DNA from: Chiloscyllium plagiosum | Lineage: Eukaryota | Length of the DNA stretch: 33,755 nucleotides | Assembly (NCBI RefSeq): GCF_004010195.1 | Contig: NC_057759.1 | Coordinates: 4,484,703 to 4,518,457 of the forward strand | Direction of reading: 5' to 3' | Part shown: in pieces, positions 20,840 to 33,755 of the stretch | Position numbering within the stretch: position 1 is the stretch's first letter | How the letters are laid out: each line of letters opens with the position of its first letter | Notes under the pieces: generated by a model | What the model saw: the letters and a program-made list of their open reading frames with translations, nothing else | Database searches by the model: none | Told to the model about the DNA's origin: nothing | Made by a program: the position numbers and the translations under genes

Positions 20840-22782
20840 GTTGTTATAATCTGTTGGGTTTTCGCATAGGTTATTTAGTGTTCTGTTCTCTTTGTTTCAT
20901 TCAGTAATCTTGTAAATCAGTTCTGTTATGTTTAAAACTACGTGGTTTGACCAGCGACATCACTCCTGGAATATCAGAGTTACACCTGCTTAAAACAACT
21001 AGCAAAGTTTGCAGGATTTGTTCTGAAGTTTCGATTTGGAATTAGGGTTGTTGGACTCGAAGGCAGCGAGTGGTAGGTGTTAGTGTCTTTTGTTCCGGGT
21101 TTTGAATTCAGTTGGTTTAAACAGTGCTTGGGATAGCAATGGCTCTTTTAGTCATCTAGAATTTTGTGGGGGTGGAAGAATGATTCTGGTTTTTACAAAA
21201 GGTGATTAAGGGTAAGCTGCTGGAAATAGCAGACAAGCTGGGGTTGAGGCCGCGTCCTTCCATGAGGAAAGGAGAGATAATTATAGAGTAGCTCAGCATT
21301 AAATTTGTTGGAAACACCATCTTCAGAGATGGCTAACTTTCAATGAAAAATGAAGCAACTTGAGTTAGAGGCAAAAGACAAGCAAAGGGCAACTAAAATG
21401 AAATCGTTTGAATTATGATTAAATGGAGAAGAGAGAGAAAAGGATAGGAAGGAAAGGAAGAGAGAGGGTTTGAACTTTGGAAATTGGCACTTAGACGGGA
21501 GTTCAAAGATTCACTTCCTGTAGTAGTGAAAGCTCACATGGAAGAGCAGAGAGTTAAAACAACAAGATTGACAGCTGAAATGGCTGACAGTTATGAATTG
21601 GTCAATAAATCAAAGTTTGGCTTCCAAAACCAATTTCAATCCATGAGGGATAGAAATTGAGGATAAGAGGAATCCTCACATGGAAAAGAAATTATAGATC
21701 TCGGTGAAGATCGTAAGGATGACTTATCACAAGATAAAAAGGAAACCCTTGAAGGGGAAAGAAGTTAAAAAGCTCTGGTGTTTTCCCTGCAATAAAGTAG
21801 GCCATATTAAATCAGTGTTGGTGGGTCAGGAAAAGCATTGGGAAGCCGGATGTAGGAAACAGGATAAGGCAGTGAATTTTGTTGGAGTGGTAATAGAAAG
21901 CACAGAGGAGGCTCGAAAGCTGCACCAGAATGTACAAGCTGGTCGGAGGTGCCAGATCTTCTTAAACCATCCACCTCTGAAGGTAAGGTTTACTCACATA
22001 GGCCAGGAGGACCAGGTAAAGTGGTTGCAATATTAAGAGATACAAAGATCCTCTCCTCATCTTTCAGTATCACAGATTGGGATATGCACCTCTGAAGGAC
22101 TATTGCCAGAAAAGGTACTAGTAACAGGAATTCTTGTTGACACAAGAAATGCTTAATTGTGAGAAGTGAGGTTAGAGTGTCCAGTGAAGAGTGGAGAAAT
22201 TTTGATAGGAGTATTGGACAAACTCTCAGCTCCTGGAATACAATTTGTCCTTGCTAATGATATTGTTGATTCATCTGTAGGAGTGCTGCCTACTGTGGTT
22301 GAATAGCCAATGGAAACTCAGGCAACTGAATTATTGCTGGACATATACCCTGGGATTTGTCATGACTGTGTGGTGACAAAGTCACCAGTTGAAACAGGAG
22401 AGATCAAAGAGTACAGATAAGAAAGTTGGAGTGAACTTAGCAGAGACCCTGTTGGACCTGATGGTTGTGACAAATGGGGTACAGATAGATGACAAAGCAG
22501 ACATCTTTAGCTCAGATAAATTAACTGAGTTACAGCAGTAAGATGAAACTTTAAAGCAATTGTATCAAAAGGCATATAAAGAAAAGAAAATCCGAATCCC
22601 TGCATGTTATTATCTTTAAAAATAATGTCTTAATGAGGAACTGGGGACCATACATATTCAGGCTAATGAGAAATGGGCAGAAGTTTATCAAGTTAATTTG
22701 CCTGTGGGTTACAGAAAGGTGGTGTTGTGAGTAGCACATCAGCTACCACTAGCAGGTCATTTAGGAGTGAGGAAAACTCAGA
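20840..22782 (+). mobile_element. Decayed Gypsy LTR retrotransposon, Gmr1-like (LTR-like part, gag, zinc knuckle, protease, start of integrase)
   Basis: gag-like KGKLLEIADKLGL; EFKDSLPVVVKAHMEEQRVKT...AEMADSYEL (about 21499-21600); CFPCNKVGH knuckle (about 21779); ILRDT (about 22030); FVLANDI; LPVGYRKVVL*VAHQLPLAGHLGVRKT (about 22700-22778) with no RT in between. Confidence 0.8.
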
Positions 22783-22979
22783 CTTTTGCAGAGATTGTTT
22801 GGAATTCACATTATTGAATTATCATCTCTGTATGTGTCAACTATTCAGTAAAGGAGTAATTCTGTATTTCTCAGTCACAGACAAACTCCATGTAAATGTG
22901 CTTCATCCGGGCTGGAGGATTTGAGCTAGAGGGAGAGGCAGATAGGCTGGAGCTGGTTTCTCTGGAGAGGGACCTTTAA

Positions 22980-23624
<645 letters not shown>

Positions 23625-23656
23625 GGATAAAGCGACCCTTTTCCAGGGAACCCAAA

Positions 23657-23696
23657 GGCTCTTTTCAGAGCCACCCAAACCCTCGGATAGAGAGCG
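23657..23696 (+). terminator. Histone 3' stem-loop and downstream element (H4)
   Basis: CCAAA GGCTCTTTTCAGAGCC ACCCA with the stem-loop at 23657-23672; purine-rich TAGAGAGCG at about 23688-23696. Confidence 0.95.
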
Positions 23697-25206
23697 GAGA
23701 CCTGAGGGCGGGGAAAACGCATAAAACGGGGATATTGCTACTGTAGCCGGTTATTTCACGTTTATCGCGACTTTTACAATTATTTCCCTTCCGAAAATGT
23801 ACTAATACCGTGTTCTGCGGTACGGCAGAGAGCATTCGGAGTGGACGGTTCACTTTGTTGCTGTTTACCGTGGCCAATGATTTTAACATTGCAAGTATTC
23901 CTACAGTGTCGATAGGAGGCTTTTTGGCCAATCTAGATTCTACTGTTGTGCAACCTTTCTTTATTCCATGTAAAGAATCGCATCGTAACTTGTAATTGTA
24001 AGATATAGTGGCAGCATTAGGCCATTCTGCCCATCCAGCTTGTTCTGCTATTCGATCATGGCTGATTTTTCTCAAACTTATTCTTGTGCCTGCTCCCCGT
24101 AACCTTCGGTCCTCTTTCTCGTGAATACCTGTCTGACTCAGTAATGATATCAATGTGTACTTGGCTGTCCGTGCCTTGAGTAATAATTTGTTTTTATTTA
24201 TTGCGGAACCCAAGACATTTTTACATATTACAGTATTTATATTTCTCAGTAATAATCTGGATGAAATAAAAATGTATTGATAAAATGTGGTTCTGTAATT
24301 TTGTCGATGTACACTGTGTTAGCTTTTAAGATGTTTCACGGCGGATACAAGTTCGGTTGCTCATTCAGAGAGAGCACGAAGCGATTAGGGAGATTAGTAC
24401 AGTATTTCTATCGAAAGTTAGTTAGAAACAAAAATGGAAGGCAGAGGCAGTGAATTTGCAATTAATGAGATCTTCATTCACGGATTGCGGAAATATAGTA
24501 ATTAGAAGAGTGATTTTCACATCAAATTTTGGTATTGGGTTAGATATTTCTGGAAAATCCCCATCTCCTCATTGACTCCCTTTGCGATAACATGGTTTGT
24601 GGTGAGGTGGAGGCAGGAGAGAAAGGGGAAAAAATGGCGCCAAGAGACCAACGGCTTATTTTCAAATTTGAAAATGCCCGCCATCACGTATGAAAGAGCA
24701 GGAGGTTATATAGAGGAGAATGCATGAGTACGTACACGTTGATTGGTTTTTCCATTGCGAAACTAAACTTCACACAATCTCACTTTACCGCATTCCCTCC
24801 TGCGGTAAAAAGTGACTGACTGCTGTTGAACACGCTCTCTCTCCAGAGGCTGGCGAAAATAAGAGGAGATATGAACCGAGCAGATAACTGTAGAGGTGTA
24901 TGTTGCAGAGACAGTGGCAGGATTCAGCTCTTGTTGATGCAGTTAAAGGAAATGTGAAGCCAAACCCGATCGGAAACACCCGTGACACTATTCTAAACTC
25001 AGAACATTGATCACGCAGCAGTGACCGTGCAATGAGAAATAATGTCGTTCCAGACACTCTTACAATCGTATTCAATGATAGAATCTTCCTCTGCTCCCAG
25101 ACAGTAACAGTATCCAATAAAAAGGAGATAAAAATGTAGCGATGTCAGGTACAACGGCCAGGGATCTACAAATAAAAAGGAAAGTAATTCAATCCGACAG
25201 AGAATT

Positions 25207-25248
25207 CAGCTCCTTTCACAGATACTGTGAGTGGCTCTTAAAAGAGCC
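25207..25248 (-). terminator. Histone 3' stem-loop and U7-binding downstream element (H2A)
   Basis: GGCTCTTTTAAGAGCC (25248 to 25233) and GAAAGGAGCTG (25217 to 25207). Confidence 0.95.
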
Positions 25249-25278
25249 TTTGGGTTGTCAGATTCAAGAATGGTGTCT

Positions 25279-25920
<642 letters not shown>

Positions 25921-26027
25921 TTACGAACAAAGGATAACCTGAAAAATGAAGTTCAAAAAACACGAACACACATGTGAACTTCACACGGTCTTACTCTCCC
26001 TCATTTGCCGAACAGTATCTGTCCATT

Positions 26028-26159
26028 AGGAGAAAGTGAGGACTGCAGATGCTGGAGATCAGAGCTGAAAAATGTTTGCTGGAAAAGCGCAGCAGGTCAG
26101 GCAGCAGCAAAGGAACAGGAGAATTGACGTTTCGGGCATTAGCCTTTCTTCAGGAACCT
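26028..26159 (-). mobile_element. Solo PLE family-1 terminal repeat with hammerhead motif (26126-26153), between H2A and H2B
   Basis: 13-bp duplication GTATCTGTCCATT at 26015-26027 and 26160-26172; CUGAAGA A AGGC UAAU GCCC GAAACGUC. Confidence 0.88.
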
Positions 26160-26754
26160 GTATCTGTCCATTTCTGATCTTCACAGTGGGTTGTTTCTAA
26201 AGCTTGAGAAGGAGCTGGAACAAAACAGGCCAAACACTGCAGTCTGTAACCTGCCTTTTCTTTTCACATTTCAATACCACCCCGATATGCTGATGAAGCA
26301 GCATACAACATTCTTCCGGCTCAGCATCAAAGTCAAACACGTTTTTTAAGACAATCTTTTAAAGCTGTCCTCCCTTATCGCTCTCGATCAGATTCAGCAA
26401 AAGCTCCACGTTTCAGTCGGGTACTGTGTTGGTGTTCTCTCGGTTCACTTTGAAAGTCTCTCACAGCAGGGAGCTTTATTTTGCATTCCGAAAATTCGGC
26501 TCAAACTCGAGCATTGGAAATGTAAAGTAAATCATAAAAGTAAAATGCATCCATCGTGGGACGGAAAGACGTGGGCATTTGTCTGCCAGGGGTGAACAAG
26601 CAAGATGAAAAATGACTCACTGGCGCTTCATCTGCTCTATCCACCCCACTCCCAAATAATTTGCAAATTAACTCAAAAACATAGCACAAGAAGTTAAAAC
26701 GCCTTATCATGAATCACCTGCAAACTAAAACAAACAACCCTTAAAGAAACGGTT

Positions 26755-26795
26755 CAGCTGTCTCAGGGATGTTGTGGGTGGCTCTTAAAAGAGCC
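26755..26795 (-). terminator. Histone 3' stem-loop and downstream element (H2B)
   Basis: GGCTCTTTTAAGAGCC (26795 to 26780) followed by ACCCA; GAGACAGCTG (26764 to 26755). Confidence 0.95.
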
Positions 26796-26837
26796 TTTGG
26801 GTTGTGGATGTGTTTTGTCTCAGTACAATGCGGTCCT

Positions 26838-27218
26838 TCACTTGGAGCTGGTGTACTTGGTCACCGCCTTTGTGCCCTCCGACACGGCGTGCTTGGCCAG
26901 CTCCCCGGGCAGCAGCAGCCGCACGGCGGTCTGGATCTCCCGGGAGCTGATGGTGCTGCGCTTGTTGTAATGGGCCAGGCGGGAAGCCTCCCCCGCGATG
27001 CGCTCGAAAATATCGTTGACGAACGAGTTCATGATGCTCATGGCCTTGGAGGAGATGCCGGTGTCGGGGTGAACCTGCTTCATCACTTTGTAGATGTAGA
27101 TGGAGTAACTTTCTTTCCTGGACCGCCTCCTCTTCTTGCCTCCCTTCGCTGGCGCCTTCTTGATGATTTTCTTCGCGCCCTTCTTGGAGGCTTGCTGCCC
27201 TTTCTTCTCATCAGCCAT
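26838..27218 (-). CDS. H2B: Replication-dependent histone H2B, 126 aa
   Basis: [17 protein letters not shown]...[27 protein letters not shown]...[19 protein letters not shown] at 27218; stem-loop downstream. Confidence 0.98.
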   Translation of the reverse strand: MADEKKGQQASKKGAKKIIKKAPAKGGKKRRRSRKESYSIYIYKVMKQVHPDTGISSKAMSIMNSFVNDIFERIAGEASRLAHYNKRSTISSREIQTAVRLLLPGELAKHAVSEGTKAVTKYTSSK

Positions 27219-27270
27219 AGTACCACTCACTTTCAGTCACAGAATAAGGGATAGCGGGCTCGGAGTTCCC

Positions 27271-27303
27271 TTTTTATAGACTGACGACGTCATCAATGCT
27301 AAT
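27271..27303 (-). promoter_or_regulatory. H2B promoter: TATA box, CRE-like site and octamer variant
   Basis: Minus strand ATTAGCAT (27303 to 27296; the H2B octamer is ATTTGCAT), TGACGTC (27292 to 27286) and TATAAAA (27278 to 27272). Confidence 0.75.
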
Positions 27304-28209
27304 GAGGGATGGGGAAAAGCCTGGTTTCTGAATGGGTAGTTTGCACAGAGTCATTCCCAAACATTGAGTCTCTCTGAGTGGTTAATGTGGGATCCAATGT
27401 GGATCTGTCAGGATCTGCAACGAAATGTGAAGTGGATAGTGTTTCTATTCCTGTCAGTCTGACTGAGGGAGATTTGTTTTGTGTCTATGATACAGAAAGT
27501 GACTGTAGTATTGGCACGATTTCCTTTTGCTTGTTGTTGTGATGATGTGTTTCTAGCTCCGCATATCTGTTTCTCTCCCTCTGTATAGACTGGAATTAAC
27601 TCAGAACTTGTCACTGTGTGAAAAAAATTCTCATCCATTCGAAATTGCGATTACATTTGTTGTCAAGTTACACAAAAGACTGGAACCTGACTGTGAGTGT
27701 TTTCTACACTTGGGATTGATGCAACTTGTTTTCAATTGCACGGAGTTGCAGAGAAATGAGAAGAAAAAGTTTCTATGTAATACTTTTCTTGAGTCACGAG
27801 TTGAGTCATGTCTTGACTGTGGGATGAATATATTTCTGTGACCTTGACTGATAGCTGTGGGCCCAGAGACCTATCAATAACTGTGTGCTTTGAAAGTCCC
27901 CGCAGTGTAACTAAACCACGTTGCTGCACGTTTCATTTAGGGTCTTATAACACTTCTCAGTCTTACACAAATGCCTGTTAACAAGCAACTGTTAGCATGC
28001 TATATATATGCGTCACTTTAACTTTATATCTGTCGTGTCCTAATTTACACATTTTGCTCAACATCTGTCCAATGAGGCTCTGGTCCTCCGTCTAATAGTC
28101 CGTGTTATTTCAAAACACGTTTTATTCTGTAACCATCAAACACTGATGTGAGCGGGAAAACGTTACACTATTTGCCAGCCACTTAGAAATATTCCTCCAA
28201 TCTGTGCCC

Positions 28210-28355
28210 CGAGGAGAAAGTGAGAACTGCAGCTGCTGGGGATCAGAAGCTTATGGCCAGAACGTCGAGATGAAGGGCTTCTGCTTGAAACATCGATCCT
28301 CCTGCTCCTCAGATGCTGCCTGACCTACTGTGCTTTTCCAGCACCACACTCTCAA
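28210..28355. mobile_element. Short PLE family-1 insertion with internal inversion and broken hammerhead
   Basis: 15-bp duplication CTCCAATCTGTGCCC at 28195-28209 and 28356-28370. GGAGAAAGTGAG... is followed by the opposite-orientation GATGAAGGGCTTCTGCTTGAAACATCG. Confidence 0.88.
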
Positions 28356-29741
28356 CTCCAATCTGTGCCCGTCTGTTTCTGGGATGTATTTTTTGTAAAC
28401 TCTACTTCACAGTCTTAACATGTCAGTACGTTACTGGACTGTAACTCAAACCTTCTGAAGTGTACCTTGTTGCTTTACTGTGTCGGTGTCAATTTTGAAA
28501 GTACCAGATACCACTTTGGACTGACTCAGGAAGGACTCACTACTCTCCACTCCCCTATGAATATCAGCCTCTGCAAATTGAGGTTGGGTTTGTATTTATA
28601 ACTGCAGCATTTTGATAAAGGATAATACTTTGTACATTGTTACTGACAATATCTGTAATGTCACCGCGGATGTTACATTGTTTATGCAGTTTCTAGCTAA
28701 TCAATAATTGTATTATATCCTAACAATTTATTGCTTTGCAAGTGACTCAGTATTTCATTCTGTAACTGTCAGTTTGTTATTTCTAATCTTGTATTTACTC
28801 AGTTTCAGTCAATCACTGGCATTACAGAGAGCAAGTATCTCAACATCTCAAAGTTTCTGATGAAATGGATGGTTAATTTTTTTTTCACTTATAACTGAAT
28901 CGATCAGTATGTGATCTGTGTACACACACATATCAGTAAGTTAAATAAAAAGTGTATGGTGAATGATGCTGCAGATACAGTGTATATGCTGTAGTTATTA
29001 ACTTCTTTCAATCTTGTGTCACTTTAAATATCTCAAAGCAGAAGACCATAAGAAGCATGAGAATTCTGTGACATTTCTATCTGTCTGTGTGTACTCTGTC
29101 ATGAGAACAGATCACAAAGGCTTTAGTTATGGTCTTCATCTCATTTTGATGTTTAGTGCCCATAACCAAAGACTCCCTTATGTATCAAAAAAGATATATG
29201 GCTATATTAGCATAAATTAAGCTGATAGCTCAACCCTAACTGCTCTCTGTGGAACAGAACAAGGGGAGAATGTTCTGCATTGCTTTCTTAGACAGAAGGC
29301 TTCCTGTTCAAAACTGTGTCCCTTACTCAGGATTCTCTCATGAGCAGTGACCTACTCTCAAAGTCAACTCCCTTCAGATAATTTTTTTTGCTCTAAAGGT
29401 CATACATTATTCTTCAAAACTCCAATGAGGGTGTGTTATCAAGATGTTCCTGTCAGGTTCTGCAAAGTGAATGTTTGAGTGCAGATTTCAATCTGTACCT
29501 GACAGTTTCTGTATTTGTGCAATCATCAGTCTATCCCTGACAGCTTCAACTATATGAATGGATGAGTGCATCTGTACCTGAAAGTGTCTGTACCTGTCAG
29601 TTTGTGCTCTCTGACTGAGTGAGTGTACTTACATATTTGTCTCTGTTTAACATGACACTTGCAGAAACTGCAGGAGCTCTATTTACTACAAATCTCTGTT
29701 GCTCAACATGAATAAGATTTTATCTATTGCCATCCATGTCA

Positions 29742-30265
29742 GGGTGGCATGGTGGCACAGTGGTGCCAGGGACACAGATTGAATTCTAGCCTTGGTTCAT
29801 TATCAGTGTGCAGTTTGCATATCCTGCGCATGTCTGCATGAGTTTCCTTTAAGTGCTCTAGTTTCTTTGCATGGTCCAAACATGTGCAGGTTTGCTGGAT
29901 TAGCCATGGTAAATTGTCCTGTACTATTCAAGGATTAGATTAGATTACATTACATTACAGTGTAGAAACAGGCCCTTCGGCCCAACAAGTCCACACCGAC
30001 CCGCCGAAGCGAAACCCACCCATACCCCTACATTTACCCCTTACCTAACACTACGGGCAATTTAGCATGGCCAATTCACCTGACCCTGCACATCTTTTGG
30101 ACTGTGGGAGGAAACCGGAGCACCCGGATGTGCAGTGTCAGTGGGTTAACTACAGTAAACGTGGAATTGTGGGGATAGGGTGGGGTCTACAAGTGTGGGA
30201 TCCACTTTGGAGAGTTGTTGCAGGGGGATGGGCCAAATGACCTCTCTCTGCACTGGAGAAATTCT
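29742..30265. mobile_element. Old HE1-type SINE (+) containing a younger 5'-truncated HE1-type SINE (-, about 29935-30128)
   Basis: Degenerate GGTGGCATGGTGGCACAGTGG head. The inner copy matches the reverse complement of 33643-33755 and has an (ATTAG/ATTAC)n tail. Confidence 0.85.
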
Positions 30266-30525
30266 GTGTACTGTAAATGAAAGTGAGACTTTTTCTATCA
30301 TTGTCAGTCTCGACAGTATAAAGCAAGTTGGATAATTTCCACAGCTTTTATTCAATGGAACTGTTTATGATTGTAAGTTATATTCCGCATCTGTATTTTG
30401 AATTTATTGTTCACATGTTTATAACCAGACCACTTTATGAGAGCTTTCTCATTCTGTGTCCAATAACCTCTGGGTATCTGTCTGAATGCGTACCTTTTCA
30501 TATCAATATTTGATTTCCTTTTGGA

Positions 30526-33507
30526 CAGGTATGATGTTTTGGAAAGTGTAGGGGGTGATGGCTGCTCATGCTACGTTCCCTTGAGAATCCAAGTTTCTGG
30601 TACTGAGACTGGCTCTAATGCAACAAGGGGTATGTTGGCTTCCAAGAGATCAATTATGTTAGGTGATTGTGTAGTCAGAGGTACAGACAGACGTTTCTGT
30701 GCTCAGAAGCGATAAAGCAGAATGGTGTGTTGGTTCCCTGGTGCCAGGATCAAGGATGTCTCAGAGAGGGTACAGAATGTTCTCATGGGGGAAGAGGGGC
30801 CAGCAAGAGGTCATTGTCCACATTGGAACCAACGACATAGGAAGGGAAACGGTTGAGATTCTGAAGGGAAATTACAGAGAGTTAGGCAGAAATTTAAAAA
30901 GGAGGTTACTCCCAGTGCTACAAGCTAGTGAGGGCATGAATAGGAGGATAGAGCAGATGAATGCATGGCTGAGGAGCTGGTGTATGGGGGAAAGATTTCC
31001 ATTTTTGGATCATTGGAATCTCTTTTGGGGTAGAAGTGACCTGTACAAGAAGGATGAATTGCACCTAAATTGGAAAAGGACTAATATACTGGCGGTGAAA
31101 TTTGTTAGAACTGCTTGGGAGGATTTAAACTATAATAAGATCATGTCTTTTTGTGGCTAGTTGATGTTCATGTATCCTGGTGGCCAGTTTTCTGCCTGTA
31201 AGGTAGGGGGGGTGGGACCCAGGGAAATAGTGAGGAAAAAGATCAGACTGAGACTGGTCCAGTTGAGAACAGAAGTGAGTCAAGACAAGGTAGGACTAAT
31301 AAATTAAACTGCATTTAAACTTCCCCTAACAAGGAAGGCAGATGGACTCAGGACGTGGTTAGGAATATGGAACTGGGATATCATAGCAATTACAGAAACA
31401 TGGCTCAGGGATGGGCAGGACTGGCAGCTTAATGTTCCAGGATACAAATGCTACAGGAAGGATAAGAAAGGGAGGCAAGAGAGGAGGGGGAGTGGCATCT
31501 TTGATAAGGTATAGCATGACAGCTGTGTCGAAGGAGGATATTCCTGGAAATACATCCAGGGAAGTTATTTGGGTGGAACTGAGAAATAAGAAAGGGATAA
31601 TCACCTTATTAGGATTGTATTATAGACCCCCCCTAATAGTCAGAGGGAAACTGAGAAACTGAGAAAGGATATCTCAGCTATCTGTTAGAATAATAGGGTG
31701 GTTATTGTAGGGGATTTTAACTTTCCAAACATAGACTGGGAGTGCCATAGTGTTGAGGGGAAAGTGAGGACTGCAGATGCTGGAGATCAGAGCTGAAAAT
31801 GTGCTGCTGGAAAAGTGCAGCAGGTCAGGCAGCATCCAGGGAACAGGCGAATCGACATTTCGGGCATAAGCCCTTCTTCAGGATGTTGCCTGACCTGCTG
31901 CGCTTTTCCAGCAACACATTTTCAGTGCCATAGTGTTAAGGATTTTGGTGGAGAGGAATTTGTTAAGTGTGTACAATACAATTTTCTGATTCAGTATGTG
32001 GATGTACCTACTAAAAAAAGGTGCAAAACTTGACCTACTCTTGGGAAATAAGGCAGGATTAGGCAAGAACTTTTGAAAGGTGATTGGGGGCAGATGTTCG
32101 CAGGTAAAGGGGCGGCTGGAAATTGGGAAGCCTTCAGATATGAGATAACGAGAATCCAGAAAAATTATATTCCTGGCAGGGTGAAAGGAAAGGCTGGTAG
32201 GTATAGGGAGTGCTGGATGACTAAAGAAATTGAGGGTTTGGTTAAGAAAAAGAAGGAAGCATATGTCAGGTATAGACAGGATAGATCAAGTGAATCCTTA
32301 GAAGAGTATAAAGGAAGTAGGAGTATACTTAAGAGGGAAATCAGGAGGGCAAAAAGGAGACATGAGATAGCTTTGGCAAATAGAATTAAGGAGAATCCAA
32401 AGGGTTTTTACAAATACACTAAGGACAAAAGGGTAACTAGGGAGAGAATACAGCCCCTCAAAGATCAACAAGGTGGTCTTTGTGTGGAGATGCAGAAAAT
32501 GGGGGAGTTACTAAATAAGTATTTTGCATCAGTATTTATTGTGGAAAAGGATATGGAAGATATGGAAGACTGTAGGGAAATAGATGGTGACATCTTGCAA
32601 AATGTCCCAATTACATAGTAGGAAGTGCTGGATGTCTTGAAACGTAAAGGTGGATAAATCCCCAGGACCTGATTGGGTGTCCCCGAGAACTCTGTGGGAA
32701 GCTAGAGAAGTGATTGCTTGGCCTCTTGCTGAGATATTTATATCATCGACAGTCACAGGTGAGGTGCCTGAAGACTGGAGGTTGGCAAACGTGGTGCCAC
32801 TGTTTAAGAAGGGTGGTAAGGACAAGCCATGGCACTATAGACCAGTGAATCTGACCATGGTGGTGGTCAAGTTGTTGAGGGAATCCTGAGGGACAGAATG
32901 TACGTGTATTTGGAAAGGCAAGAACTGGTTAGGGATAGTCAACATGGGAAATCATGTCTCACAAATTTGATTGAGTTTTTTGAAGAAGTAACAAAGAGGA
33001 TTGATGACGGCAGAGTGGTACCTGTGATCCATATGGACTTCATTAAGGCGTTCAACAAGGTTCCCTGTGGGAGACTGATTAGCAAGGTTAGATCTCATGG
33101 AATACAGGGAGAACTGGCCATTTGGATACAGAACTGGCTCAAAGGTAGAAGACAGAGGGTGGTGGTGGAGGGTTGTTTTTCAGACTGGAGGCCTGTGACC
33201 AGGGAAATACCACAAGGATCGGTGCTCTACTTCTTGTAATTTACATAAATGATTGGGATGTGAGCATAAGAGGTACAGTTAGTAAGTTTGCAGATGACAC
33301 CAAAATTGGAGGTGTAGTGGACAGCGAACAGGGTTACCTCAGATTACAACAGAATCTTGACCACATGGGCCAATGAGCTGAGATGTGGCAGATGGAGTTT
33401 AATTCAGATAAATGTGTGTTGCTGCATTTTGGGAAAGCAAATCTTAGTAGGACTTATACACTTAATGGTAAGGTCCTAGGGAGTGCTGCTGAACAAAGAG
33501 ACCTTAG
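30526..33507 (+). mobile_element. Near full-length decayed CR1 LINE: ORF1 SGNH-esterase domain plus ORF2 endonuclease and RT
   Basis: ORF1: LGDCVVRGTD, FPGARIKDV, VHIGTNDIG, DELHLN. ORF2: DIIAITETWL, GGGVA, LYYRPP, VGDFNFP, KSPGPD, SKFADDTKIGG. Internal deletion near 32056. Interrupted by the SINE at 33514. Confidence 0.95.
31755..31923 (-). mobile_element. PLE family-1 terminal repeat plus inverted partial copy; hammerhead at 31851-31884
   Basis: 14-bp duplication AGTGCCATAGTGTT at 31741-31754 and 31924-31937; auc CUGAAGA A GGGC UUAU GCCC GAAAUGUC gau. Confidence 0.9.
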
Positions 33508-33513
33508 ATTTAT

Positions 33514-33755
33514 GGGCGGCACGGTGGCACAGTGGTTAGCACTGCTGCCTCGCAGCGCAAGAGACCCGGGTTCAATTCCCGACTCAGGCGAATGACTGTG
33601 TGGAGTTTGCACGTTCTCCCCGTGTCTGCGTGGGTTTCCTCCGGGGGCTCCGGTTTCCTCCCACAGTCCAAAGATGTGCAGGTCAGGTGAATTGGCCATG
33701 CTAAATTGCCCGTAGTGTTAGGTAAAGGGGTAAATGTAGGGGTATGGGTGGGTTA
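33514..33755 (+). mobile_element. Young HE1/V-SINE-type tRNA-derived SINE (runs off the window end)
   Basis: Box A TGGCACAGTGG (33525-33535), box B GGTTCAATTCC (33569-33579), V-domain-like core; CpGs retained. Confidence 0.92.

Noticed and set aside
33514..33590. tRNA gene suggested by box A and box B
   Set aside because: It continues into a SINE body shared with 8443 and 29742 and has no full cloverleaf; it is a SINE head.

Overview
Eukaryotic, repeat-rich vertebrate DNA, most likely shark (CR1-clade LINEs plus HE1/V-SINE-type and Deu-type SINEs; family names come from recalled consensus, not a search). About two thirds is decayed retroelement: several CR1 LINEs, a Gmr1-like Gypsy remnant, SINEs and about nine Penelope-like (PLE) insertions from three families whose terminal repeats carry minimal hammerhead ribozyme motifs, most flanked by 9-15 bp target-site duplications. 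One of these, 3370-4710, is a 1.34 kb RT-less element bounded by two hammerhead-bearing direct repeats. Host content: (i) three small phase-compatible + strand exons missed by the ORF track (1918-1983, 8086-8117, 10702-10833) that splice into a tyrosine-motif/ITIM cytoplasmic tail with Fc-receptor-like (FCRL) architecture; (ii) a replication-dependent histone cluster: H4 with an 11-bp frameshifting deletion, and intact H2A and H2B, each with a 3' stem-loop and downstream element. Boundaries of old repeats are approximate. No searches or folding computations were run.
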